From Octopus sinensis (lineage: Eukaryota): a DNA stretch of 64,000 nucleotides. The stretch is from NCBI RefSeq assembly GCF_006345805.1, contig NC_043020.1, forward strand, positions 27,652,001 through 27,716,000, written 5' to 3'. The notes beneath the pieces were generated by a model that did no database searches, was not told where the DNA came from, and was given only the letters and a program-made list of their open reading frames with translations. A program made the translations under genes and the position numbers. Positions 1-12,354 of the stretch are shown here, piece after piece; the first letter of the stretch is position 1; each line of letters starts with the position of its first letter.

Positions 1-200
1 CTTAGCATTGCTTGACAACCGATGCTGTGTTGTTTATATCCACGTCACTTAGCGGTTCGGCAAAGAGAGACCGATAGAATAAGTATTGGGCTTCCAAAGA
101 ATAAGTCTTGGGGTCGATTTGCTCGACTAAAGGCGGTGCTCCAGCATGTCCCGCAGTCAAAATGACTGAAACAAGTAAAAGAGTAAAAGAGAGAGAGTAA
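1..200 (+). mobile_element. SINE family A, 3' part
   Basis: Near-identical to 50974-51160. Confidence 0.85.
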
Positions 201-238
201 GAGTATAGTAATAATGACAATAATAATGTTGATAATGG

Positions 239-273
<35 letters not shown>

Positions 274-520
274 GAAAAATTTGGGAAATCAGAGCAAGTT
301 CAAAGTATCAAGGTTAACAATGTACAACAATTATTACGTCATTCTTCCCTCCCCACCCCAACGTTTCCATACATACACATACACATGCACTCCCTCTATC
401 ACACACACACACATACATGGGCTCATACATTTATAACACAGACTCATACACATATACTCACACTCACACACACATAAGCACATGTTACACACCCACAAAC
501 ATATACAAATATACCCGGTC

Positions 521-571
<51 letters not shown>

Positions 572-593
572 TATATATATATATATATTATAT

Positions 594-672
<79 letters not shown>

Positions 673-743
673 TATATATATATATATATATACATACATA
701 CATATATATATATACACACACACAAAAATGCACACAAACGCAG

Positions 744-776
<33 letters not shown>

Positions 777-1135
777 CACACACTCACATATACACTCAGA
801 AACATATACATATAATCACACACACATATACATACATATAAATAATATCTGCTTTTCCTTTCTCCCTATGTCGTGTGTCTCAAGGCCATCCGTCCACCCC
901 CCTCGATAAAACCACAACAGCAGCAGCAGCAGCGATTATGAAAAACATGGGTTTAGACATGTTCCTCACGCCTATAACACGAACCGATCTACCCGGGGTG
1001 CACTTGACATCAGCGGCACACCATAAACTGTGAAACGTTTTGATACTACTAACAGAGACACGAACCTCTGCATGGTCGTTCGACCTGCTAAAAATAGCAG
1101 CCACAGCTCCCTCAAAACGCACACACTACTTGTGC

Positions 1136-1175
<40 letters not shown>

Positions 1176-1842
1176 GTTATTATTATTATTATTATTGTCT
1201 TTTGAAGACTTTTGTTTTTGGATAATGTACAAATAGGAGTTAATTGCCTGAGTAAAAAAAAATCAAAAAAATCAGCGGCATGGTCATGCATGGAGAGCCT
1301 ATGTTTATATGTCTGTTCGATCAGACAGGATCAAGACAGCAACAGTAACAACAACAACAACAACAACAACAACGAAAATAACTAACAATAGCAACAAAAT
1401 ACAACCAGAACACCAACAGCAACAACAACAACAAAATCAACAACGTCGACAACTCGTTGAACTAAAAAAGGGGAGCCTTTACACGAACGTTTGACCTGCT
1501 AGAAAAAACAACCAAAAACCTACCTCAAATTTACACGTCCCTTTACAACAAACTCTTTAAAAAAATACGTATTGAAATTACAATTTTAGCGGATTTAGAT
1601 ACACTAAACTACTTTTGTTTGAGAATATACCATGAGATGGTCACGAGTGGAGAGCTTTAGGCCTAGATCTTAAAGTGAGTAGACTTAGGAGTGGCGGTTG
1701 TGCTGGTGGGGAAATCCTCAAGCAACATCATGAGATAAATACTTAACAAGAGTAAGTAATTTTGCAAGCCTCTTCTTATCTCTCTTCTGAAATGAATCTG
1801 TTGTTTTATCTTCAATCTATAAACAATATCTTTACGCAACGA

Positions 1843-2424
1843 AGGCAGTGAGCTGGCGGAAACGTTAGCACGCCGGGCGAAATGCTCTGCGGTATTTCGT
1901 CTGCCGTTACGTTCTGAGTTCAAATTCCGCCGAGGTCGACTTTGCCTTTCATCCTTTCGGGGTCGATTAAATAAGTACCAGTTACGCACTGGGGTTGATG
2001 TAATCGACTTAATACCTTTGTCTGTCCTTGTTTGTCCCCTCTGTGTTTAACCCCTTGTGGGTAATAAAGAATTAAGAATCGTTAGCACGCCGGATAAGTA
2101 AAGGGTAGTAAAGAAATAGGTATTTCGTCTGCCGTTATGTTCTGAGTTCAAATTCTGCCGAGGTCGACTTTCATCCTTTCATCCTTTCGGGGTCGATTAA
2201 ATAAGTACCAGTTACGCACTGGGGTTGATGTAATAGACTTAATCCGTTTGTCTGTCCTTGTTTGTCCTCTCTGTGTTTAGCCCCTTCGTGGGTAGTAAAG
2301 AAATAGGTATTTCGTCAGCCGCTACGTTCTGAGTTCAAATATCGCCGAGGTCGACTTTGCCTTTCATCCTTTCGGGGTCGATTAAATAAGTATCAGTTAC
2401 GCACTGGGGTCGATATAATCGACT
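1843..2424 (+). mobile_element. tRNA-derived SINE family B, internally triplicated
   Basis: A-box gagctggcggaaacgttag and B-box gagttcaaattcc. The body gcctttcatcctttcggggtcgat..aagtaccag resembles the Meta/Sauria SINE core and is repeated three times. Confidence 0.85.
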
Positions 2425-3459
2425 AAATGATGGTGTAGATCACAATTATATCGAAATTTAAGGTAAAAAAAAAGAAAAAAACTATCTGTATTATAATATA
2501 CTGAATGTCTTTTTTTTTTAAGCTGTGCTGTGTTGCGTCATATCTATGTTGAAAGACAATCAGAAACACACAGACACACACAGAGGAATAAACACACACA
2601 CAAGGAATGCACAAACACACACACACGCAAAGGAATGCATGGACTCATACATACAACCTACATACAAACAAAAAAATTATCTCTATATTGTTACATAATG
2701 AAAGATCTTTTGAAGCTGTGAAGCGGTATGTTGACAGACTTGCACATGAAATTAACGCGTTTTAATCAAAACTTGTTAGATACTATGGTGACAATATTAC
2801 CCACCCATCTGCCTGCCTACCTACCTACCTACTACCTACCTACCTACCTACCTACCTACATACCTACTTACTTACCTACCTACCTACACACACATCACAC
2901 ATATATATATACATACATATATATATATATATATATATGTGTGTATATATATATATGTATATATATATATGTATATATGTGTGTATATATATGTTGTCAT
3001 TTTTGTTGAATCTATCCAGTAAACTAGAGTTTCGTTGAAAGGAAAATGACGACGTTATTCAAACGAAGGTTTGCATTTTCGAGCTCAGAGCTGAGAAAAG
3101 TCATAAGGAGGATACAGGAGGCAGTCGAAAAAGCCATCTTCTATATATGGCTGAAGCGGGAAGACTAAAAATGGTTCGAAGGTTTGTACCACCAAACAGT
3201 TGCTCGGCTCTGGCTGCCAGAACTGAAACTAACACGACACTGCTGAAAGGCAGGTTTAAGATTACACGCCCTTCTCCTCCTTTGGCCAGTTGAAGTTTAG
3301 ACAGTGTCACGTGATAACTAGCTGGTGCTGCCTGCTGGAGCCTACCGAAGAGTTTTTAAGGGGAATTTGGCTGGATGGTCAGTCACCCGCTGTCACTCGA
3401 AGAGGCCAGGGAACAGAAGAAAGAAGAGAGAATACTGGAATGACAGACACTCTCCTCAT

Positions 3460-3688
3460 AGTCCACATTCTTGCAAGATCGTCTTTTAGTAGTCTGTACT
3501 TTTCAATCTCTTCCAGTTCTTTGCCACTTGCGCGTGCATCTCCAGGTGTTGCAATATCTATGATCTTGGTCTCCTTTTTTTTCCTTTATCTACCACAACA
3601 ATACCTGGTCTCGAAGTATCGATTAGGAAGTCACACTGGATTGTTATTATTATTATTATTAAAAAATTTTTTTAATTAAAAAAAAGAA

Positions 3689-3731
<43 letters not shown>

Positions 3732-3857
3732 TATTATTATTATTAGTTTTTCTCCTTTCATTTTGTTTCCCTTTTTCCTTTCTTGCCAATTGTCCCCCAA
3801 CTCGTTGGGCAAAGAAACTCACTGTATACATTGATGGGTCATTAAACTAAACACAAA

Positions 3858-3860
<3 letters not shown>
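3460..3860 (-). mobile_element. RLE-type (R4/Dong-like) LINE endonuclease fragment and a 3' tail at (TAA)n
   Basis: The minus strand translates as RPGIVVVDK..TKIIDIATPGDARASGKELEEIEKYRLLKDDLARMW. The tail at 3745-3860 is homologous to 11251-11360, and both abut (TTA)n. Confidence 0.75.
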
Positions 3861-3930
<70 letters not shown>

Positions 3931-4299
3931 ATATATGTATGTATATGTATAATATACAAATATCTAAGATTGGAAAAAGATTTTTTTCAAAAGTTGTTAC
4001 CTATTTAATCTGTTGCAGTCAGTCGTTATCTTCCACGTCGTTACCTGAGAACATTCCTGCCGGACGTTAGCAGCCAGGTGTCAAGAACCAGGAATCTTAG
4101 CCTTTTTGACACTCAACAACAACAACAACAACGATACAGCCAACTGGATGTACGTTTGCATTGTGGTGTCTGGTGATTGGTGGTGCCAACGGATTGCTTG
4201 ATTCGTCAGAAGTTTACAGGTAAGACGCATCTCTAGTATTGCAGCTGCTGCTACTACTACTACTACTACTGCGTGTCCGCTTGCCAATGCTGTCTGTCG

Positions 4300-4800
4300 T
4301 TTTTGTCCATTTCTTTAATGCGCGTTTCTTCGTACATCTGCGTTCATACCACACACCTGGTCATTAATGTGGGGTGCTGACCGAACAGGTACGATTGCGA
4401 ATACGAACAACCGGAATGGCGTTTCTGCGAAGAGTCACTGAAGTAATGTCATTGGACAGGATGTGTCGCTTGGTGATCAGAGAATTTGGCCAGGTCGAGT
4501 AGAAACTTTTCCACAATTGAGTGGTCACGGAACCGGCACATCTGTCATGTAATTAGATCATTGGCGAATGCAGAAGTGTTACCTCAGTTGCCCTGGCGAC
4601 ACCCTTTCTAGCCGAGCCGACATTTAAAAAATCGGGACCAAGATTTATTTCCATCAGTTTCACCCTTTCATTTGCATCTAGTCTGCTACAACAAAGTTAG
4701 AAGACATAAACATGGGTCCATTTGTTACGAATTCCGATTCCCACATTATATAGTATTTGTTTTCGAAACTTTTGGGCAACACCAAAAAGAATAAAATCTA
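4300..4800 (-). mobile_element. Highly decayed LINE RT fragment
   Basis: KGCRQG and AFANDLI motifs on the minus strand. Confidence 0.45.
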
Positions 4801-5698
4801 GGACCCCCCTCTGTTAAATTGTCGCCGGAAAGACTCGCATGACGGATACTTCAAACCCAGCCAACCAGTAGGAGACCCAGTGGTAGACCAAGAAAGAGAA
4901 CTCTACCCCCACAACCTTCTCAGGGACGTAGTAGTCTGTCGTTAATCGATATCACTTGTGTCTCATACTGCTAAACGACACAAAAAAAAAAAAAAAAAAA
5001 AACCTGATATCTCTTGAGCCTGAAGATGAGGCAGTGGAGATCTAGAAAAATAGATTATATTTTATGGAGATTTGTTTTTTAAATTAATTGCCAGAAACTC
5101 ATTGGAAATATACATATATTGTAAAATACAAATAAGATGCTATTTTTTCGAACGCACAAGTGCCGTTAGAACAACTGTTCTAATTCTGCTTTAAAAAGCA
5201 TCTTTTTTTGGGTCGTACAATACACATTTCGACGCTTATAAAAAATCAAATGTTTGTGTGTATTTATATAGACGTATTTGTATATGTGTGTGTGTATACA
5301 CATGCATATGTATATGTTAAATGTATTTATGGATGTGTCTATATATGTATTTGTATGCATGTATTTATTCATTTATGTATGTATGTATGTTTTTCTTTCA
5401 GAATAATTTGGGTTTTTTCTTCTTGAAGAATTCAAAGCTGGTCACATAACAAAATGACCAAAGTTTGGAGTCTGTAAGAGAAGTCTATTGGTTTTTGTGT
5501 GTGCGTATACGCATGTATGTGAGTGTATGTGTGTGTGGATAAACTTCCGCCCATGCAGTCGACATACATGTTACTTTAGTGCGCAATTTGCGTACACTTC
5601 ATTGCTGTTTGTGTGTGTGTCTGTATGTGTGAGTGTGGGTGCGTGTGGGCGCGCGCATGCGCGTGTCTGTGTGCGTTCGTGTCTACGTGTGTGCGCGC

Positions 5699-5742
<44 letters not shown>

Positions 5743-5759
5743 CTGTCTCTACGTATTCT

Positions 5760-7710
5760 CTATATATATGTGATAACATATACTTTTAGCCCAGGAACCA
5801 CAAATGGAGAATCCCTGGAATGTTTTGAAATTTTTACTCTTCATCTACTCAATTGTATTTGGCGAATACAAATTAGTTTGTTCTCTTCTTTCTTGGATAC
5901 TCCAGCATTTCTCAGCTTCCATCCAAATTTCTTATAACTTAGTCCAGTGCCTTGCTTCAAAGGGTACTAGACTATGCAAGGTACTAAAGAAAAAATCTAC
6001 CAATTCGATATAAAACCTGTAAATATTTTACAAAGTTTTTATAGATGTTCACCTTTCCTCCAATTTTTTTACAGAACATTCTCATCAGCCAAGGGACTTT
6101 TCCCGACCGTTGTGTATGATGTTTGCTCCTTGTCCCCACCCTACATATGTATGTATGTATTATTTTTATCTTTTAGTATTCTTTCTAAAAGAAAGGAGCC
6201 GGTTTCTTACGAAGAAAAAAATGCTGGCTCTCTGGAGTTTGGATAACCGCGATAAACAGCGATAAACAGCGATAACAGATACACATCAAATATACTGATG
6301 TAAGTCTTGCATATTTCTATTGTTTCGCTTACAGATTGCATCTGTAAAGTTCGTGTTAGCCGATCTTTTATCTGCTTGAATGTAGCAGCTTCTCCTGATT
6401 GTCGCTTAGTTACGGATGTATGTATGCATGTCATTATTCAGCTTTATTTCAAGATTTCTAGCCAGTAGAGAAAGAGCCGGTTTCTAATTTAGATCCAAGG
6501 CTCCTTCATTGGAATTTCAACATCAACAACAGGGTATTTTTGTATGTATGTATGTTTGTATTTATACGTGCATATTTGTATGTTTTGCTTTAAGTATGTC
6601 TTCGCATGCATATAGTTGCACATCTAGACATGTTCATATATACTTAAATTATAAACTTTTGGAAAGTTTTACAGATTTTTACAGTTCCAGTGATGGATTG
6701 GATCTGTAGTCTTTGAGTATGTATGTATGTATGTATGCATGTATATATGTATGTATGTGTGTATGTATGTATGTATGCATGTATGTATGTATGTATGTAT
6801 GTATGTATGTATGTATGTATGTACGTATGTATGTATGTATGTATGTATGTATGTATGTATGTATGTATGTATGTATGTATGAATGTATGTATGTATGTAT
6901 GTATGAATGTATGTATGTATGTATGTACGCATGTGCAGATTTGTATGCTTTATGTATGCATTCTCATGCATATAGTTGCATATCTAGACATGCTCATATA
7001 TATATTCAAATGATAAACTTCTGGAAAGTTTTACAGGAGGTAGTAATCCGGCTACTCATTCATGATAAACTGCCTTGATGATCGATGCTACTATCATCAC
7101 GGGACTTTCTACTGATATATCCATGAATAGTCTTCTGCTCATACAGGCTCATCCCATCATCTGATGATACATTGCGGTAGAGTCGTGAGACTTCTTTGGG
7201 CATGTATTCTAGGTTATCAGACAAAGGACGTTGCTCAAGGAGCTGCCTTCTAAGTCTTATGATGTTATCAGTTTCATGCATGTAAACTCTCTGCATGCTA
7301 ATTTCAGGTTTCAGTGGAAAATCACTACGATCGGGAATAAAAGGTTCCCTCAGTTAATTCCCCTGAGAATTAACCAGTTATTTAACAAGGCTGATAGTTG
7401 TGGCTCCAAAACTGGAGATAGTATTCATCGTATGTTCGATAAATTGTCTCTGGCACCAAATACGCGACCTTTCGCTTCGTGTTCGTTATGCATTTTTGTA
7501 TGTTTCTTCTATTTTTTTTAATTATTACAAATCCTCCACTGAAGAGGGAGTCGGTTTCCAACCAAGATACAAGGCTCCATCCTTGTGATGTAGCTAACAC
7601 AGGCAAATTCACATTTGGAACTTGAGAAAAATCTTGCATAGTTTTACTGTTCCACTCACAGATTGCACTTGTAATGTACGAATTAGCTGGTCAATGTTTC
7701 TTTCTGAAAA
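5760..7710 (-). mobile_element. Stack of about five 3'-terminal fragments of RLE-type LINEs in (TACA)n/(CA)n
   Basis: Repeated C-terminal peptide L.R.LQ.QS.SGTVKICKTF.KF at about 5820, 6300, 6650, 7020 and 7620, with a shared 3' UTR motif (gagccggtttc..aaggctcc). Confidence 0.7.
6717..6927. repeat. (GTAT)n microsatellite
   Basis: Read directly from the sequence. Confidence 0.97.
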
Positions 7711-7806
7711 TCCATAGACACACACGCACATAGACACATAGACACACACGCGCGCAAATATACACACACATGCGCACAAATATACATACACACGTATATA
7801 TTTATA

Positions 7807-7881
<75 letters not shown>

Positions 7882-8595
7882 TATATACATATATTTATAT
7901 CGTTACGACCGTCGCTCAACTCAACTCAGGACCCTAAGTCGGCGACGACGACTACGCTCAGTCAAACGGAAATCCACCACAGAAAGCGGAAGTAGACAGC
8001 GAACGCAAGCCAGTAACCGAAAACAACAACAACAACAACAACAACAAAGGAGAGAGACAGCGGAGGCGGTTGCTTACATTTAACAACAATTTATATAATT
8101 CACAACATCAATTGAAACATTTCAAATACATTTAAAAAACAAGGTTAACAGACATTTAACAATTTCTAACTTTACAAAATCAATCAAACGTAATACAGAG
8201 TTAAAAACAATCAAAACAATCAATGTCATTTAGCAAAATGACAACGTCCGACTTTTCAAAACAATCAATTGGTTGACATGCCACACAATACAGAATCAAA
8301 TAGTCTTTCTCTTTTCCTAATTTTCTTTTCTTACACAGAGAGTTCGTTCTCAAAGATTCCTTCTTTTTACAGTTTCTTTTTTTTCTTAAACAGATTACGT
8401 CACAGAGTCGTCTTTCTTTTACATTCAACATCAAAGTCCAAAACACAACTCGAAACATAAACAACAATATCGAATGTTTCTGAACCCACAATAGTAGTCC
8501 AGCTTCTTCGCGTGTGTCTCTCAGCTCCTTCGCTGTCACTAAAAATTAAAAAGTTTAATAAAACCAGTAAACTTATGAAATAGATATATAAACAA

Positions 8596-9192
8596 CTAGC
8601 AGTATCGCCCGGCGTTGCTCGGGTTTGTAAGGGAAATAACTATATAAGCATTTTTAGAGAGTTATAGCCAAAAAATAGCAAAAAATGCATTAAAAATGGA
8701 AAAAAAGATGATGGTAAATGTTTTTAAATCGTTGACTCATCGTAGACATTTTTAGAGAGTTACTTCCCTTATATAATAGCGAAAAAAATGCATTAAAATG
8801 GAAAAAATGATGGTAATTTTTTTTTAAATCGTAGACTCATCGTAGACATTTTTAGACAGTTACTTCCCTTATATAATAGCGAAAAAATGCATTAAAATGG
8901 AAAAAAAATGATGGTAAATTTTTTTTTAATCGTTGACTCATCGTAGACATTTTTAGAGAGTTACTTCCTTTATATAATAGCGAAAAAAATGCATTAAAGT
9001 GGAAAAAAATGATGGTAATTTTTTTTTTAATCGTAGACTCATCGTAGACGCACGCTAATACCCAGAAGGGCTCGATATGAATCACGACTATAAGATACCC
9101 GCTTTTGGTTACACTGCACCGCAAAATGTGGGAGTAGTTAGGAATCTAAATCGTAGGAGACAGACACACAACGTCACTTTTATATATAAAGA
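8596..9192 (-). mobile_element. Non-autonomous Helitron with four internal repeats of about 100 bp
   Basis: The minus strand starts TCTTTATATATAAAA and ends CCCGAGCAACGCCGGG hairpin...CTAG. It is inserted at A|T with no TSD and is absent from the paralogous site near 14440. Confidence 0.85.
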
Positions 9193-9632
9193 TTATAAGC
9201 ACATAGAGAGACGATGTATATGATAACGAAGATGAGAAATGATTTCATGTACGCTGTTTTTATAGCTCTACGTTTTATCTCTCTGTTCAGGTTAACGGAA
9301 ACAGACGATGAAAGGAACACACCAACTTCCGGTGACTCTGTATTATAGGATATCGCAATGTAAAGGATGCATGTGAAAACCTGAAAGCAGCTTCTAACAT
9401 ACAGGCGCCAAACATGAGAATATCAATAAAAACTGAAATATATTTATACTAAGATAGATAAATATACAGAAACAAAGAAAAAACTCCCCCCCCACACACA
9501 CACAAACAGGAACAAATATCTACGCATACACACTCATATAAAGAAAAGAAGAAAAACAGTTCCAATTTCGCATTTGATTAACGAAAATCAAAGGAGAGTA
9601 AGAATTAGAGGTTATCTGAATATCAGTCAACA

Positions 9633-11126
9633 ATGGCGAAGTTTAGCAGCTGTTTCGGTCGATATTGTTCATACCGATGGAAGTTATGCTATATATGTTC
9701 GATTGCGATATTTCTCCTGCAGACGATGAGGGTCGATTTAAGTATGGCCTTTGTTTGTATGTTGAAGACACCAAATCGCACGGCTAACGACGCCAACAAC
9801 ACTCAGAGTACCCAACAGTGTTCTGGCCTTGATACTCACAATCAGTCCTCACACGAAACATACAATGGAGATATCACCTGGAGCAACAATCTTCAAGCGA
9901 ATGTATTAGCCGGTTATTACTACGGTTACATTCTAACAAATATTCTTGGAGGCATTTTAGCAGATAAATATGGCGCTAAAAATATTCTAGGCTTTTCTCT
10001 CGTTTCAGCATCGGCTCTGACTTTGCTCTACCCGAGTTTATCTCGAATAAGTGGTTACTTTACACTTGTCTTAAGGATATTAACTGGGTTAGTATCTGGC
10101 CCGATGTTTCCAACGGTGCAATCTTTATTTGGTCGGTGGGCTCCACCTCTTGAAAGTAGCACATTGATTGGTCTTGTATGTTCTGGTCAACTCATAGGTA
10201 GTATTGTATGTTATTCTATATCGGGTTTCCTCTGTGTGTATGGATTTGACAACGGGTGGGGTTCTATATTTTATATATTTGGGGGAATGTCACTGTTGTT
10301 CAGTTCTGCTTGGTTCTATTTTGTTTACGATCGTCCAGAGCTCCATCCGTCTCTTGGTCAAGAAGAACGCTCGTACTTGAATAAAACTGTAAGGTGTAAA
10401 AGTAGAGTTAAAAACATACCCTGGAAAAACATTTGGAGTTCGTCTGCTGTTTGGGCCATCGTTGTTGCCCACACTTGCTATAACTGGACTGATCTTACCC
10501 TTACCTTATTACTACCACTCTACATGAAAGAAGCCTTAAACGTCGAAACAGAATCAAATGGTTTAATGTCATCTGCTCCTTGGATAGGGCAAGCCATTTC
10601 CTTGCCCTTGTTCGGAAGACTTGCAGATTTTATACGCTCAAAGAACTGTCTGTCAACCCGTTCGATCCGAGTGCTTTTCCAAACTGTGTGTTTCGTTTTC
10701 TCGGCGATTCTATTCATTTCTGTAGGTTTTCTGAAATGTGACCAAGTCCCATTGGCTGGTTTTCTCTTTCTTTTTTCTGGTGTCATCTGGTCTCTCTATA
10801 TAGGCGGTTTTAATGTGAACCACGTTGACATTGCTCCGAAATACGCTGGTGTATTGTATGGTATTACGAATACATTTAGTTCCCTACCAGGATTTGTGGC
10901 TCCAATAACAGCTAGAATACTTACACCGAATGGAACGCAAAAAGAATGGCAAATTGTGTTAGCTTTATGTGCAGGGTTTTCTGTGTTAGGGGCAATAGTA
11001 TATGCGATTATGGCGAAAGGGGAAATTCAAGATTGGGCCAAGTACGAAGATAGTTCTATAAATGAAAGAGAATCTCTGAAGTTAAAAGAGGGAAGAGCAA
11101 TTGACGGAGATTGTGAAACGGTTTAG
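9633..11126 (+). CDS. SLC17A5-like: SLC17/sialin-like MFS anion transporter, copy 1 (497 aa, intronless CDS)
   Basis: Uninterrupted ORF with SLC17 motifs: TM1 RVDLSMA, YYYGY, GGILADKYG, GRWAPPLE, GWGSIFYIFG, PWK..WAI, LPLYMKE, NHVDIAPKYAG, EIQDWA. Confidence 0.95.
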   Translation: MAKFSSCFGRYCSYRWKLCYICSIAIFLLQTMRVDLSMAFVCMLKTPNRTANDANNTQSTQQCSGLDTHNQSSHETYNGDITWSNNLQANVLAGYYYGYILTNILGGILADKYGAKNILGFSLVSASALTLLYPSLSRISGYFTLVLRILTGLVSGPMFPTVQSLFGRWAPPLESSTLIGLVCSGQLIGSIVCYSISGFLCVYGFDNGWGSIFYIFGGMSLLFSSAWFYFVYDRPELHPSLGQEERSYLNKTVRCKSRVKNIPWKNIWSSSAVWAIVVAHTCYNWTDLTLTLLLPLYMKEALNVETESNGLMSSAPWIGQAISLPLFGRLADFIRSKNCLSTRSIRVLFQTVCFVFSAILFISVGFLKCDQVPLAGFLFLFSGVIWSLYIGGFNVNHVDIAPKYAGVLYGITNTFSSLPGFVAPITARILTPNGTQKEWQIVLALCAGFSVLGAIVYAIMAKGEIQDWAKYEDSSINERESLKLKEGRAIDGDCETV

Positions 11127-11198
11127 TGTGTTATCTAGTCGCAAAGATTATTGTGGAAGCTTGGAAAATCAATAAAAACATGAATAACCAATGAAATA

Positions 11199-11251
<53 letters not shown>

Positions 11252-11799
11252 GTTTCATTTGTTTCAATACTGTTTTTGCTTCTTGCCGTGTGTCTTTTTG
11301 ACTCCTAGGGAAGAAACTCGCTGTATACATTGATAAGCCATTAAACTAAACACACCAGAATGCTTATTTTCAAAATGAAATGAAATAAAAAAGATGTGAA
11401 AAAAATGTGAGTGGAAATCGTTGTCATATCGACAAAGCTCTTTTCAGTACGTGTGATGTACCAGTTAATGCAATCTTTTGCACTTCTTTCACGGATGGTA
11501 AACCAGGGATCATTCTCAAATAATTTCCAGTTTCTAGTTTTTATGATTCTTAGTGCTGCTACAATCACTGGTATTGTAAACGTCTTGAGGTGCATGAAGT
11601 GATAACCAAGCCGCAATCCGGTCTTTGATGGATCGTGATCGGTTTGTATTACTCGACCCCCAACTAGATTCGTGGTGGTGGTCTTCAGTGAACGGCTGGC
11701 CGGATTGCAGGATGAACATCAATGACCATCTCAACGATCCATCACGACTTTTGGCAACACAGGTGGAGTAATAACACCACGGAGATACAGAAAGCAATT

Positions 11800-12320
11800 T
11801 TTAGCTGTGCACGATGCCTGATATGGATGGGCTGATATGGAGGGTCTGCCATACGGGCTTTGCGTTTGTATTCTACAAGTGTTGGGCGATATCTTGGCAG
11901 CGGAAATATGCTGCTGCTCGGATCAGAATGCAAGAATTCCCGTGGCTGTGAAACTAGGAGCCGTAACATTATTAAACAAAGACTCGAACGAAAGAGAAAA
12001 CATTGATAAATGTTGGGCCTTGCAAAATAACTCTGTCACTATTCTGCCTCCAGAAAACTTGTGTCCAAAAATTCAACGCTAGTCTTTGAAAAAACTAGAC
12101 GTCAATTTTATGTTGGACTTAAATCTATAATTTTTAGCATAACAGACACAGAAATGCAAGAAGTTCATTAAACTATCCTGTGATGTTTCCCAGACAAATA
12201 AGACGCCATCAATGAACCGTAACCAGAGTATAGGTTCATGACCATCAAGGGATTTGAATGTCTTCAGTAACTGTGCCTCGAATTTCGTCATGAAGACATT
12301 AGCGAAATTAACTACCATAA
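11800..12320 (-). mobile_element. Degenerate Penelope-like RT fragment
   Basis: FANVFMTKFE..PILWLRFIDGVLFVW, followed by an SVEFLD-like motif. Confidence 0.75.
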
Positions 12321-12354
12321 CAATGATAGGAATATCAATAATATTAATACTAGT

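Noticed and set aside
214-841. ORFs rich in YI, HT, CV, YLSI or poly-L/I/Y (also 6669-7078, 20373-20963, 23387-24030, 49480-50616 and many more)
   Set aside because: They are translations of microsatellites, not proteins. Only the end of 23407-24030 overlaps the real SLC17 relic.
1849-1935. tRNA-like A/B boxes
   Set aside because: No complete cloverleaf; they are SINE heads present in many diverged copies.
5020-5100. Hammerhead half-matches at 5020, 13447, 27125 and 32711
   Set aside because: GAAA, stem I or stem III is missing or broken, so they are counted only as possible relics and not as features.
8649-9050. Regularly spaced repeats that could suggest a CRISPR array (also 37790-37930)
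   Set aside because: There are no unique spacers and no cas genes, and the context is eukaryotic. These are tandem repeats inside a Helitron and a SINE.
10290-10786. Recurrent antisense ORFs inside the SLC17 genes (also 16225, 16455, 21703, 28817, 35808, 44507, 61708)
   Set aside because: They are shadow ORFs that recur only because the sense CDS is duplicated.
9633-11126. Bacterial origin (HGT) for the intronless transporters
   Set aside because: The motifs (WAPPxE, GWxSxFY, NHxDIAPxYAG, QxWA, glycosylated loop 1) are of the animal SLC17 type. Retroposition or intron loss is the simpler explanation.
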